Source: Nitrospirales bacterium
GTDB lineage: Bacteria; Nitrospirota; Nitrospiria; Nitrospirales; UBA8639
Assembly: GCA_965203295.1 (NCBI GenBank)
Contig: CBDBCZ010000017.1
Coordinates: 896,001-960,000 of the forward strand
Direction of reading: 5' to 3'
DNA: 64,000 nt
Positions 22,601-33,731 of this stretch are shown piece after piece. The position numbers were made by a program, and so were the translations under genes. A model generated the notes under the pieces. It searched no databases. It was not told the DNA's origin and saw only the letters and a list, made by a program, of their open reading frames with translations. Within the stretch, counting starts at the first letter, position 1. Each line of letters opens with the position of its first letter.

Positions 22601-25600
22601 ATAATTATATAGTTTGCTTTGATCACTTTTTCACTATGAACTAACACAGCTATGCTTGAGAATTGGCTATACCAAGAAGTAAAGAGTGATATCATGTAGT
22701 GCTTAATTTGGCAAGTCTAAAAATTTGCGAATAGCCGTTTTTGAACGTTTCATTGAAATAATTTCATGAATTTGTTCAAATACGCCACACCCACGTACTA
22801 GTGAATTTATGGGCAGAGTGTACCTGAGTAATTAAATGCGCACAGACTTACAGGAAGCTTAGTAGCGAATGGTAGCTACCACTCCATGCTCTGCTGCTCG
22901 CTTTTTAATTTCGACCTTCATCGCGCTCATTTTCAGGTATGCTTCCCTAACCTTCGTGCCGGCAGATGGAAATCAATTATCAATCTCAAGGTGAAAAATG
23001 TAGCTAATTAATTTCAACTATTGGTACATCAGGGGGCTTTAGTTACAATGTTTACAAAGAGTTGCATTCCACTGTGTTAGGAGTATTAGTCAGAATAATG
23101 CATGAAAATGTGCATGTGTGAGAGCTCCGTTTGATTGCCGAAATCTTGTGGATTTGTGCAACTTTACTCCCATCTTTTTTCAGGAATGAACCAAACTATA
23201 ACTCACTACATGTATAATGAGTGTATTAAATCAGTCTGCTCACCCAGATCATGTAGCATTTGACCTCACACCGAAACAAATCCCAGTATGGGGCAAGCAT
23301 GTGTGGACATACATGAAAAACACCCTATTGGCTATTACTCTACTCTCTGTATCTCCTAATCCCATGGCAGTCCCAAAATTAAAATAATACCATCTCAACA
23401 TGAAGATCTAGAGAACATTTGGAAAAAAAATTAGAACAATTGAAGAATCCGTTTTTCAAGGGGGCAAAGGTCAAGTATATAAACCATGACCTTTGACCTC
23501 AACATAATCAAATTATCACTTGCAATATATCAGCTGAAAGGGTATCTACTAAGGTACAAGATGGTGCAATTTTCATCTTGCACAGACAATCGTAGTAATA
23601 GTTATGGTCAATTATGTAGAAGCAGGAAGCCGAAAATTTGACGAAAAATTGAGTTTTTGGCTGGCTGTAACACAGAAGCCGCACAACGTGTGAGGCTAAT
23701 AATCACTGTGAATTAATAACTTCACATAGGGTACATATGTACCAAGTTTCGTGGAAATCTGAGGGGGTCGTCATTTTTTTGTGTTGATTTGGCATGGAAT
23801 TACCCATATATTTTATATGCTGTGTACCTGCCTGCAGGAGTCGGTCGTCTGATAGCTGAGGCCAGAGTACTGCCAGTCGTGGTCCCCTTCTGGCTCGTGG
23901 GTAGGTACATGTTGCATACATTGTACACTGTGAAAATCTAAGGGTTGCTTTAGGGATATCTCAGTTGCAGTCTGCAAAACAGTGTGTGTACAAGTGGATC
24001 ACTTTACCACCCTATTTCTCCAATTTCAGATTGAAGGGAAATAAGGCCCAGTAGTATTACACATGTTGTACCAATCTGTTCCTATCCCCACCAAAGAAAA
24101 GTGATCTAGCTTGGCTTCCTGAGTAAAGTGATCTTATTGCACTGCACGTAACTACATATACACATTCTCTGGTACTGGGGCTGCAACTGAGGTAAGCTTA
24201 TGTGGGTTAAAGCAATGTATTCCATGGGTTTCAATGTGTACGTATGGGGTTTGTATCCAAAGAAAGCCTCGAGAGGACACACAACTGCACGAACTGACAA
24301 CAGTATATACATGTATACTGTAAAAAAGGAATTGTCATGTTGACAAGGGGTTTGCTGTCTGAGTTGCAGAGGGAGTTCAAGAATGAAAACACAGCCGTGA
24401 TGTGTCTGTAATGGTAATATGTTTATAGTTACATGTACGTATACAAATCCCATACACCTCAGAGACCCATGTCTTCTACCATGTAGCTTTTATAGTGCCT
24501 ACTATTAATTTGAAAAGAAGCTACAGTTGCCAAGCAAGCCTCAAGTACCCTATTGTACAAGAATATACCCTGGCTTGAAAGACACCACTTAGATACAGCA
24601 GTTTTCATAAGGTTTGCTACAAGCCAGAAATTGTATCACCACAGCTAGTTCAATTCAAGTGGCCACCTCCTTTCAAAAGAGGACTTCAAAGCGGCCTTTA
24701 CTCTTAAAGCTTGCAAAGGCGGTGAAAACTGCTTTTCATGGGGTTTGTACACTGCAGCAGTGCTGTTCAAACAAGTATTATATACGTGTATATACATGTA
24801 CCGTAAACTACGTATTATCTGCCCATGATGTACATGTATTATCCACCCATCCCCCTTTTTGAGTAAAAGTTACGTCGGAGGGTATTTATGTACTTAGTAT
24901 CCGCCCACCCTTAAATACCATCCATGCGAGCTAAACATGTAACTAACACCTGAAAATTCCAAGACAACGAGCAGAATCAAACGACAAAGCTCGATGTTCA
25001 GTGCGCTTTAATTGGAATACCGACGGTAAGTCTGTCAGCCACTTCGCTTTTTAGCGGATAATAATAGTCTGCATGTTTCTATAATAGCTAGTTCAATACA
25101 ATTTGTATTCACTGTGGTGCAGTACTTGCCTAAAAAAGCTATACTTACCTTGTATACTCACTTTGCCTACCGCACATTTGGAACGCGTTTGAGTGGGCGG
25201 ATACTACAGCGCATTTATAAAACTACGTATTATCCGCCCACCCCCCTCTTTCAGCTTGCACTTAAGTGACCCGCCCATGGGCGGATAATACGTACTTTAC
25301 AGTATATACACTGTAGCAGGGACGCCATGAACTGCAGATGTGTCTTTGCCTGTTCATGTGTATACTGTAGCGTTTATAGCGGGATACATCACTCCATGAC
25401 GTCGATGTGAAAGTAGTGGCAGCATACAATGCATCTGTAACTCTCTGACTGGCTGCACATACATGTACAAATCAAAGGTGTTTTTTCATAGTTAAAGGGT
25501 CAGAAGAGGGTTAGGAGGGACACTTCTGAGACAGCACGCACATGAATATTATAATGACAAACATAGACACTATAATATGGCAATCAGGTTGGACACTACT

Positions 25601-26271
25601 ACACACTGTCGTGATATCCAACTACTGGCTCTACCGTGTGATATCAGTACATTGTGCATGTGGGATTTCCGTGATCATTTAGGTTTGGCGGGATCACTTA
25701 GCTGTATATCATCCATGATGGTATGCCTTCCCGTGATACAACCTGGTGTACTGGCTTAACGCTGTGATACATATTAATGGATAATTTTCTACTTGCAGGT
25801 ATGGAAGATATCCTTCCGAATAAACGTCCCTACATCCCCCGTTTGTTTAAGGTTAGTACATGGTGTAGCTCTGCCCGTACCGATATGAATATGAATATGA
25901 ATGAATATAGATACATCACTGTCTCCAGAAAAGGTGCATGTCTTAAACTTAATATTCACTGACGGTTAAAGATACATCCCTTCTTCTGGAAAGCTAAAGA
26001 ATGTGGGTTAAGTTGTTTTGACAATTTTGACATTGGTATATATACCTTTACACATGTATAATAGAAACTGACAGTGTTAGTGGGAGAGCCAATGGACTTC
26101 AATTCTATCGTAAGGCAACACAAAGAGGAGGTGTGTACCAGTGCTGTCATACTCAGAAGACAGATTACCGACACCATCCAGGACAAAATGGCAGAACTGA
26201 GAACACATGCCGAAGCGTTGCACAGAAACTGGAACGTTAGGTCACCAGTTGCTTTCAGACGTTTGAAATAG
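16631..26271 (+). CDS. TAZ: Tafazzin (cardiolipin transacylase), 271 aa, 9 coding exons
   Basis: Exons 16631-16739, 17606-17734, 18071-18116, 18908-18993, 19626-19706, 20320-20361, 23838-23900, 25799-25851, 26065-26271, all GT-AG and in frame. Motifs [15 protein letters not shown] (HxxxxD), [43 protein letters not shown]. Confidence 0.96.
16801..17598. repeat. (CACT/CACC)n compound microsatellite filling most of tafazzin intron 1
   Basis: Direct reading. Confidence 0.95.
18300..18650. repeat. Three ~125-150-bp tandem units, each containing a TAGCCTC...GAGGCTA MITE-like core
   Basis: Repeated GCT(A/G)GGGAGTGGAGACTGAAAA.GAGGCTA...CTCTACACCA...GTAATACA. Confidence 0.7.
19144..19256. repeat. 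15-16-bp tandem repeat (TTGACAAAGTGGGAA)
   Basis: About 7 copies. Confidence 0.85.
19402..19488. mobile_element. Short TAGCCTCG...CGAGGCTA MITE with 9-bp TSD
   Basis: CCCTAATGC flanks both ends. TIR TAGCCTCGTACCCAAGCCTTCC. Confidence 0.85.
21110..21237 (+). mobile_element. tRNA-derived SINE fragment
   Basis: B-box-like GGTTCAATCCC within TGACTAGTATTCAGAAGGTCCTGGGTTCAATCCCCAGCTGGGTCC, followed by a shared tail. Near-identical copy at 61936-62045. A diverged copy with A-box TAGCTCAGTGG lies at ~55893-55965. Confidence 0.65.
21295..23805. mobile_element. Foldback-type non-autonomous DNA transposon (~1-kb inverted arms) in tafazzin intron 6
   Basis: GGGTAATTCCATGCCAAATCAACAC... at 21295 is mirrored by ...GTGTTGATTTGGCATGGAATTACCC at 23805, with ATAT on both flanks. 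Arms are near-identical for ~780 bp and recognisable to ~22283/22520. No transposase ORF. Confidence 0.85.
24801..25303. mobile_element. TA-flanked Tc1/mariner-type MITE in tafazzin intron 7
   Basis: TA|CCGTAAACTACGTATTATCTGCCCATG ... CATGGGCGGATAATACGTACTTTACAG|TA. Confidence 0.75.
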
Positions 26272-27972
26272 TTCAGTATCGTGTAGATATCCTTTGTTTT
26301 GTCAGTTGTACACATGTTAGTATAATATGTTGTCTGTTGCAGCTGTTGGCTTACGATCATTCTCATTACTTTATTTTTATGCTGACATCTTAGAAATGAG
26401 GCTGTAAATAATGCACATTCTTGACCCAAAACATTCCATCTGTATTCATACTTGTGATGTGTTAAACTCAAAACAACAACTAGTCAATATAATATGATCT
26501 ATAGCAGTGTATACTATAAACTCTGGAGTTCAAGTACCCATGCGCATCAAATACAAATTCCCTCTGAATATAAGTACCCATTAAACCAGTTATTTACTTT
26601 CTGAATAGTAGTACCCATGCAAATAAAATCATTGCTGTATGTAGGTAGGAGTTAGACCTCAAAGTAGTGTCACTTGACATGTAGTACATTTTTGTGAGTC
26701 TTTCATCTGCTATCAAGGGACTCAACATATAGTAACTGGAGAAGGTTCCAGGAACCTCACTCCAGTTACCATGTTTAGTCCCATGTGGCTAGATTAAAGA
26801 CTCACAATTCAATTTGTACATAATTTGTATGGAATATCATAGGAGTAACAAGTCACCACTTTTTGGTCTAACTCCTACCCCCATAGCTACTCAGATCAGG
26901 TATTCTTATTATATTTTTTTGTCTCATGTTTGGGAGGAGGAAGTTTCTTTAGACCACTCTGGTTCTCAGCCCTTCAATAAATTATTGTTGTGGTATAACA
27001 ATAGACTGATGCATATATAATTATAATATACTATATACACATGTATTTATAGTATAAATTTATAAGTATAAGGAATAGCACTGTAAACTGAACACATATC
27101 ATGCCATCCGATATCGGTTGATGTTGTTAGATGTGACGTGATAAACCGACTACAATAGCAGCACTTCCTTAAGTATCCTCAGGCAGCTGTACATGTACTG
27201 CTGGGAAACTGCTATAGGCATGCATATACTGCAAAATTAACCACTTGTGTACGTATTGCTAGGTGTTCCCAGTTGGAACCATTTATAAGCATTCTACCCT
27301 GTGTCCCAACATGCCAACCACATGAATTTGAATTGTGGACTAATCAAGATAATTAGCTATCAACACAAGCCTAAGGTTGTATGCATGGTATATGGCCCTG
27401 TTTTCACTGTGCTGTACTATGGACTTACTATACACAGCTGAAATAGAACTGTCATATTGTGTGCACCATTGTTTGGCCTCAGGTTGGTTAATACATCCTG
27501 CAGGCTGGCTGTTGCTGTGCTACCGTCTTCTCTCCGTAGCACCATGATGTATCCACAGAATAGAATTATCATATTGACTAGTGGGTTGTTGTTTGAGTTT
27601 CAACACATCACAAGCATGGATACAGATTGATTGCTGTGGGTCAAGAATGTGAAAGCATTTACGTTACAGATGATTAAAGTGCATCACTGAGGTGAATCAT
27701 GTAGAAGAGGCAGAGGAAGACTGAAGTGTGTTATTGCTGTTATCCATGCATGTTGAAACCCAAACAACATAGCTTGTATAGCAACATTGTATAGCTTTTA
27801 CAAGGAACCATGTAACTTCCCCACTTAACAATGCATGCTTGTGTTGCATTGTACAATAGAGTACTATAGTAGTGGAGTGGCATGAAAGCTCTACTCTCTA
27901 TATATATACTCTGTACGTACATACAGTTGTTTTGATTGACTGCTTAGTGGTTACATGAATGCAGGTGTTTGA

Positions 27973-28044
27973 TAGCCTCGTTCCCAGGCAGGCCCGCAAC
28001 TTTTTCGGTTGCACAAAAATGATGCGGGCCTGGGAACAAAGCTA
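27973..28044. mobile_element. Short TAGCCTCGTTCCCAGGC MITE in the left arm of the palindrome
   Basis: TIRs at both ends. Absent from the homologous right-arm position (~32825-32840), which serves as an empty site. Confidence 0.75.
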
Positions 28045-28402
28045 GACGTCTGGCACGTGGGTAGGAGTTATAATTTACTATCAGTGTGCCAGTGATCTGT
28101 ACGTAACTTATATATACTAAGAAACTGACATATCATACAAAATGTGAGTCTTTGGAATATACCAAATGGAGGGTGTTCCTAAAGGTTAGAGCTAAATAGG
28201 GTTAGGGGTAAGGTTTGGGTTCGATTGAATGATTCTGCGGAAGTAATTTGGCAGATAACTAGAGTCTGGTTCCTAAGATAAGCAGTGTTAATGTGAAGCA
28301 GAACAGTTAAGAAAGAACAAAACATGTATGGCCTATTGCACACAGGAGTTGACTTCCTAAAATAACATGATGAGTTAATTATTCACTTTGTCAATGGCAT
28401 GT

Positions 28403-30064
28403 TCACACTTCAAGTTTTCTGTTGCATGTTTCCTTCGCAGAACCAGGGCACACAGAAATCCAGTTGTGTTCGGGAGCAGTATAATTGTGGAAGTACTGAG
28501 AAAGTGTCACAAAGTTTTTTCTCATCGTACTTTGGAAACTTCCACCCCCCATCGCAACAAGCATGTCCCCTTGCACAAGAGCATGTGACTCCACTAAGGA
28601 CGCAAACCCGGAATTCTGAGGCACCCCACTGAAAGTTTTTACATCAAACTCGACTCTCTGGATACCCACTTGACTAAGCCGTTTCAAAATCTTGTCTGAA
28701 CTAGTTTTGCAGAATGATATCGGCATTGTTTTTTGACCGGAACGACATGCATCGGTCCCATACATTCCATAGTCACTGAACACAAGAGTGCCTTTCAAAT
28801 GATACTTGTGTAGAGTGTTGTTAATCACAGACAGTACTTCCTGAGTACAACAATTGATATAATCAGGATTAAATGCTGCCCTCTGAATTACTTTCTCAAT
28901 GCGCAGATGAACAGAGAGAAATGGCTTTTCTATGGCCAAAGACTGAAGGAACAACTTGGACGTGTTCAACACCTCAGCACTACGAGGCATAACATCTAAT
29001 TTGCACTTCTGCATCAATTCTTGACTGGGTTCATCAAATTTGTAAGCAGTTCTTTGCCCTTGCCATATTATGAAGAGTACACTTTCACGATAATTTTGTT
29101 TCCAGTTTCGAGCAATTAAATTTGACAGATTAGTAAGAGAAACGGTCGTGTGGTAATCTACGCATATCATGCGGCTTATGACAAATTTTTCCTGGTGACC
29201 TATATAGTTAGAGTTCAGTTTCTGAGAATTTAGTCTGTTTTCAAAGTTTTTGATAACACCCATGGTTTTACCTGCATCTGTACAATCCATTATTGCTTTG
29301 GCTGCTGATCGTAAAGTTGACATGAAGTATGCATTGCTCTCCTTGCTCACAATAATATTTACTTTTGTCACAAAATAAACAAGCACAATATTGCGATATG
29401 AATCGGCCAGAAAGTTTTTGAGCTTAAAAATTACCTCGGAACCTTGGTTTGGTCCTAACAGGCAACTGCCAAGCATTCTGTTAGCTTGGGGTAAATCAAA
29501 TAGTCTGCTGTAGTCATACATCATGACTTTTCTCGGTAGGTGTAGTCCGTATAACCTGGAGTCCAACACAAGTGGCTCCACAGCCCTCATTCCCCACGGG
29601 GCTGCCAGGTTCACAAAGGAGACAAAGTGCCTGGAGGCCATGGTCAACTGTTCTGGGTAATGGAACGACAGCATATATTGGTACCTTCGTTCAGCATTGC
29701 TGCTCTTTGGCCCGCCTGACTGACTTGTAACAGCTACTGAGTCAGGTGTCTTGTCCGGGTCAAGCCTTGCTGTAGCGATGGCAGTTACCGAAGTCTTGTC
29801 CGGGTCCAACCTTGCTGTAGTACTAGTAATGAAGTATTTCTCGGTCTGGTCTATACGCTTAAGCTTAATCTCTATTTCTGAGCCCACCTGTACCAATCGC
29901 GAGTATCCACTGGTGCTTGAGTCCACATTGATCGCTGCTGGACCGTGGCCGGATACAGAGTAGAACAGAACTCCAACAATACTGCACACAGCAAATAACA
30001 AGATAAGTGTACCTTGGATAAATATCTTATAGGTTCCCGTTGCGAAAGAGTTGAAAATCTTCAT
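28403..30064 (-). CDS. Intronless type II membrane O-fucosyltransferase-like (POFUT/O-FucT family, GT-B) protein, left copy (553 aa from first ATG)
   Basis: N-terminal TM (ILLFAVCSIVGVLFY) and S/T-rich stem. Motifs EQLTMA..F, AVEP, YDYSRLFDL, PFLSVHLRIEK and SGFASLVE..AL..GDMLVAMGGGSFQ match the N-terminal, HxR and C-terminal motifs of O-FucT-like enzymes. The track's TTG start is unlikely; first ATG is at 30064. Confidence 0.75.
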   Translation of the reverse strand: MKIFNSFATGTYKIFIQGTLILLFAVCSIVGVLFYSVSGHGPAAINVDSSTSGYSRLVQVGSEIEIKLKRIDQTEKYFITSTTARLDPDKTSVTAIATARLDPDKTPDSVAVTSQSGGPKSSNAERRYQYMLSFHYPEQLTMASRHFVSFVNLAAPWGMRAVEPLVLDSRLYGLHLPRKVMMYDYSRLFDLPQANRMLGSCLLGPNQGSEVIFKLKNFLADSYRNIVLVYFVTKVNIIVSKESNAYFMSTLRSAAKAIMDCTDAGKTMGVIKNFENRLNSQKLNSNYIGHQEKFVISRMICVDYHTTVSLTNLSNLIARNWKQNYRESVLFIIWQGQRTAYKFDEPSQELMQKCKLDVMPRSAEVLNTSKLFLQSLAIEKPFLSVHLRIEKVIQRAAFNPDYINCCTQEVLSVINNTLHKYHLKGTLVFSDYGMYGTDACRSGQKTMPISFCKTSSDKILKRLSQVGIQRVEFDVKTFSGVPQNSGFASLVESHALVQGDMLVAMGGGSFQSTMRKNFVTLSQYFHNYTAPEHNWISVCPGSAKETCNRKLEV

Positions 30065-30106
30065 CTTCGTCGGCTTATTGTAATTTACTTGTAAACCTAT
30101 TCCCAA

Positions 30107-30331
30107 TAGTCTCGTGCCCTCACTGCACTGTAATTCTGCAGATAACGGATTCCATATATACCGTGCACCACGTGAAGGTGGTTAATGGCCAGACCCTCCC
30201 ATTTCTGAATTTTATGTGGGCGAGTTGCAGCTGGGTGTGGCCGTTGAACTTCCCGCGTTAGTCGTGCTGAGAACCTCCCGAGTAACGTATACAGGCGTGC
30301 GCACGTGAGGGAGGGTCTGGGCACAAGACTA
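30107..30331. mobile_element. TIR-bounded element (TAGTCTCGTGCCC...GGGCACAAGACTA) at the axis of the gene palindrome
   Basis: Termini match the family at 51415-51505 and 2214. There is no direct TSD; the flanks are inverted copies of each other. Confidence 0.65.
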
Positions 30332-30374
30332 ATTTGGAGTAGGTTTGCAAGTAAATTACAATAAGCCGACGAAG

Positions 30375-32066
30375 ATGAAGCTTTTCAACCCTTTTGCAAC
30401 GGGAACCGGCAAGATATTTATCCAAGGTACACTTATCTTGTTATTTGCTGTGTGCAGTATTGTTGGAGTTCTGTTCTACTCTGCATCTGGCCACGGTCCA
30501 GCAGCGAACCGTGTGGGCTCGAGTCAGGGATACTCACGATTGGTACAGGTGGCCACCCGGGGCTCAGAAATGGAGATTAAGCGTATAGACCAGACCGAGA
30601 AATACTTCATCACTAATACTACATCAAGCCTTGACCCGGACAAGACTTCAGTAACTGCCATCGCTACAGTAAGCCTTGACCCGGACAAGACGTCTGACTC
30701 AGTAGCTGTTACAAGTCAGTCAGGCGGGCCAAAGAGCAGCAATGCTGAACGACGGTACCAATATATGCTGTCGTTCCAATACCCAGAACAGTTGACTCAG
30801 GCCTCCAGACACTTTGTCTCCTTCATGAACCTGGCAGCCCAGTGGGGAATGAGGGCCGTGGAGCCACTTGTGTTAGACTCCAAGTTATACGGACTACACA
30901 TACCGAGAAAAGTCATGTATGACTACAGCAGGCTATTTGATTTACCCCAAGCTAACAGAATACTTGGCAGTTGCCTGTTAGGACTGAACCAAGGGTCCGA
31001 GGTAATTTTTAAGCTCAAAAACTTTCTGGCCGATTCATATCGCAATATTGTGCTTGTTTATTTTGTGACAAAAATAAATATAATAGTGAGCAAGGAAAGC
31101 AACGCATACTTTAAATCAAATTTACGATCAGGAGCAAAAGCAATGATTGATTGTACAAGTGCAGGTAAGGCCACGGGTGTTATCAAAAGCTTTGAAAACA
31201 GACTAAATTCTCAGAAACTGAACTCTAACATAGGTCACCAGGCAAGATTTGCCGTAAGCCGCATGATATGCGTACATTCCCGCACGACCGTCTCCCTTGC
31301 TAATCTGAGAAATTTAATTGCTCGGAACTGGAAACATAATTATCGTGAAAGTGTACTCTTCATAAGATGGCAAGGAGAGAGATCTGCGTACAAATTTGAT
31401 GAACCCAGTCAAGAATTGATGCAGAAGTGCAGATTAGATGTTATGGCTCATAGTGCTGAGGTGTTGAACATGTCCAAGCTGTTCCTTCAGTCTTTGTCCA
31501 TAAAAAAGCCATTTCTCTCTGTTCATCTGCGCATTGAGAAAGTAATTCAGAAGGCAGCATTTAATCCTGATTATATTAATTGTTGTACTCAGGAAGTACT
31601 GTCTGTGATTAACAACACGCTACACGAGTATCATTTGAAAGGCACTCTTGTGTTAAGTGACTTTGGAGCGTATGGGACTAATACGTGTCATTACGGTCGA
31701 AAAACAGTGCCCAAATCATTCTGCAGAACCCGTGCAGACAAGATTTTGAAACGGCTTAGTCAAGGGGGTATCCAGACAGTTGAGTTTGATGTAAAAACTT
31801 TCAATGGAGTGCCTCAGAATTCCGGGTTTGCGTCCTTAGTGGAGTCACATGCTCTTGTGCAAGGGGACATGCTTGTTGCGATGGGGGGTGGAAGTTTCCA
31901 AAGTACGATGAGAAAAAACTTTGTGACACTTTCTCAGTACTCCCACAATTATACTGCTCCCAAACACAACTGGATTTCTGTGTGCCCTGGTTCTGCAGAG
32001 GAAGTGGAAACACGCAACAGAAAACTTGAAGAATGTGAACATGCCATCGACAGAGCGACTAATTAA
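30375..32066 (+). CDS. Intronless O-fucosyltransferase-like protein, right copy (563 aa from first ATG); inverted paralog of the left copy
   Basis: Colinear and highly similar to the 28403-30064 product, with the same motifs (EQLTQA, PFLSVHLRIEK, GGGSFQ). First ATG at 30375. Confidence 0.75.
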   Translation: MKLFNPFATGTGKIFIQGTLILLFAVCSIVGVLFYSASGHGPAANRVGSSQGYSRLVQVATRGSEMEIKRIDQTEKYFITNTTSSLDPDKTSVTAIATVSLDPDKTSDSVAVTSQSGGPKSSNAERRYQYMLSFQYPEQLTQASRHFVSFMNLAAQWGMRAVEPLVLDSKLYGLHIPRKVMYDYSRLFDLPQANRILGSCLLGLNQGSEVIFKLKNFLADSYRNIVLVYFVTKINIIVSKESNAYFKSNLRSGAKAMIDCTSAGKATGVIKSFENRLNSQKLNSNIGHQARFAVSRMICVHSRTTVSLANLRNLIARNWKHNYRESVLFIRWQGERSAYKFDEPSQELMQKCRLDVMAHSAEVLNMSKLFLQSLSIKKPFLSVHLRIEKVIQKAAFNPDYINCCTQEVLSVINNTLHEYHLKGTLVLSDFGAYGTNTCHYGRKTVPKSFCRTRADKILKRLSQGGIQTVEFDVKTFNGVPQNSGFASLVESHALVQGDMLVAMGGGSFQSTMRKNFVTLSQYSHNYTAPKHNWISVCPGSAEEVETRNRKLEECEHAIDRATN

Positions 32067-32899
32067 CTCATTGTGCAAGTCAAATACTGTGTGCAGTAGG
32101 CTATACAGGATTTTTTTTTCTACTTAACTGCTCTGCTTCACAATTAACACTGCTTAATATCTACCCGGGAACCAGACTCAAGTTATCTGCCAATTTGCTT
32201 CCAGCTGAATGATTCAATCGATCCAAAACCTTACCCCTAACCCTAACTCTAACCCCCCCCCCCCCCCCCCCACAACCCTAACCTTTAGGAACACTCTCTA
32301 TTTGGTTTATTAAGTCTAATGTAGATGAGAGATTCACAATTTGTAATTTCATAGTAAGTTACGTACACTGCAAAAATTTTATTTCAACTTTGATTAGGTT
32401 ACTTTAGTTGTAGCTCTGCAACTGGTGTCTCTAGCATGACCTTATACAGCCAGCTATTTTTGTTATTGCACACTCAATGCCATGCAGATAAGGAGCAGAA
32501 CAATATTCACGTGTTATTGCATGCTCCCACCATGTATGCATAATATACAAGGATGGAACTGAACCAATATTCATGTTCATGTGTTATTGCATACCCACAA
32601 TTCATTTGTAATTGCACCTCATGCCAAAGCAGATAAGGAGCACTACATGTACTCCCACCAACCGAACCAATATTCATATGACATTGTCTGGGTATGAGTT
32701 ATACACGTATGTATAGCTGCACATTCTCTGCTACTGGGGCTGCAACAGAGGTAACCTTCATTTTTGCACTCAGATTTGCAGTAAGATCACAGGTATACAC
32801 TGAGCCCTATATAACTCCTACCCTACACCAGACATCTGCATTCATGTACCACTAAGCAGTCGATGAGAACAACTGTACGTACATATTTTTTGTAGGTAC

Positions 32900-33340
32900 A
32901 TAAATCGATCGATTTAAATCTAAAGTTCCTGACATTAAATTGATCGTTTTAATTTGGTAGTTTCTGGAATTAAATCGATCAATTTAAATCCAAATTAAAT
33001 CCAAAGTTCATGAATTAAATTGATCTATTTAAATCCAAAGTTTCTGGAAATAAATCGATCGATTTTAATCTAAAGTTCCACAGTGAAATTTATTTTAATC
33101 CTCAACTTCTGGATTGATCAAATTCCAAATTTCCTGTAATTACATGTACATCTATTGATTTGTTTCCAAAGAGTACTAGCAGAGGAGTGGCATTGAAGCT
33201 CTACTCTCTATTAATTCCAGAAACTACCGAATAAAAACGATCGATTTAATTCCAGGAACTTCAAACTTAAATCGATTGATTTAATTTCAGAAACTTCGGA
33301 TTTAAATTGATTCAGGCAATTTAACTCCAGGAATTTGGGA
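32900..33340. repeat. AT-rich degenerate ~28-bp repeats (TAAATCGATCGATTTAAATC.AAAGTTCC) in two opposite orientations
   Basis: Forward units at ~32900-33170 and inverted units at ~33210-33340. Confidence 0.65.
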
Positions 33341-33731
33341 ATTGACTTAATATAATGCCAGGAATAACAATCATCTTGGAATTTTAGACGGTTGTAGTAT
33401 AGTAGTTACGGACCCTAACCGTTTGGTTTAGAGTTAACTCTTTTCAAGCCAGGGGCACATGTATATTATTTTATCTGATTTTATATTAACACCTAATATT
33501 ATATAAATTGTCTGCAAGGTTTAGTACATTGTGTAATTATCAGCGAGAAAAAAGATACTGTACGAGTGCACAATGCCATGCACATACACCACCCCCACTG
33601 TTTTTTCTCTATGGTTTGAGGCTACTCCTCCCCCCAGCTTCGAATTATCAATGCAGTCCTCATTCAAGGAAATATAAGGAATACATGTATCGTAGTAGTA
33701 ACTTGCAATGTATGTACACGTACAAATATTA

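Noticed and set aside
27540..27730. Possible box C/D snoRNA (ATGAT…CTGA)
   Set aside because: Box C is imperfect, there is no terminal stem, and no guide sequence is identifiable.
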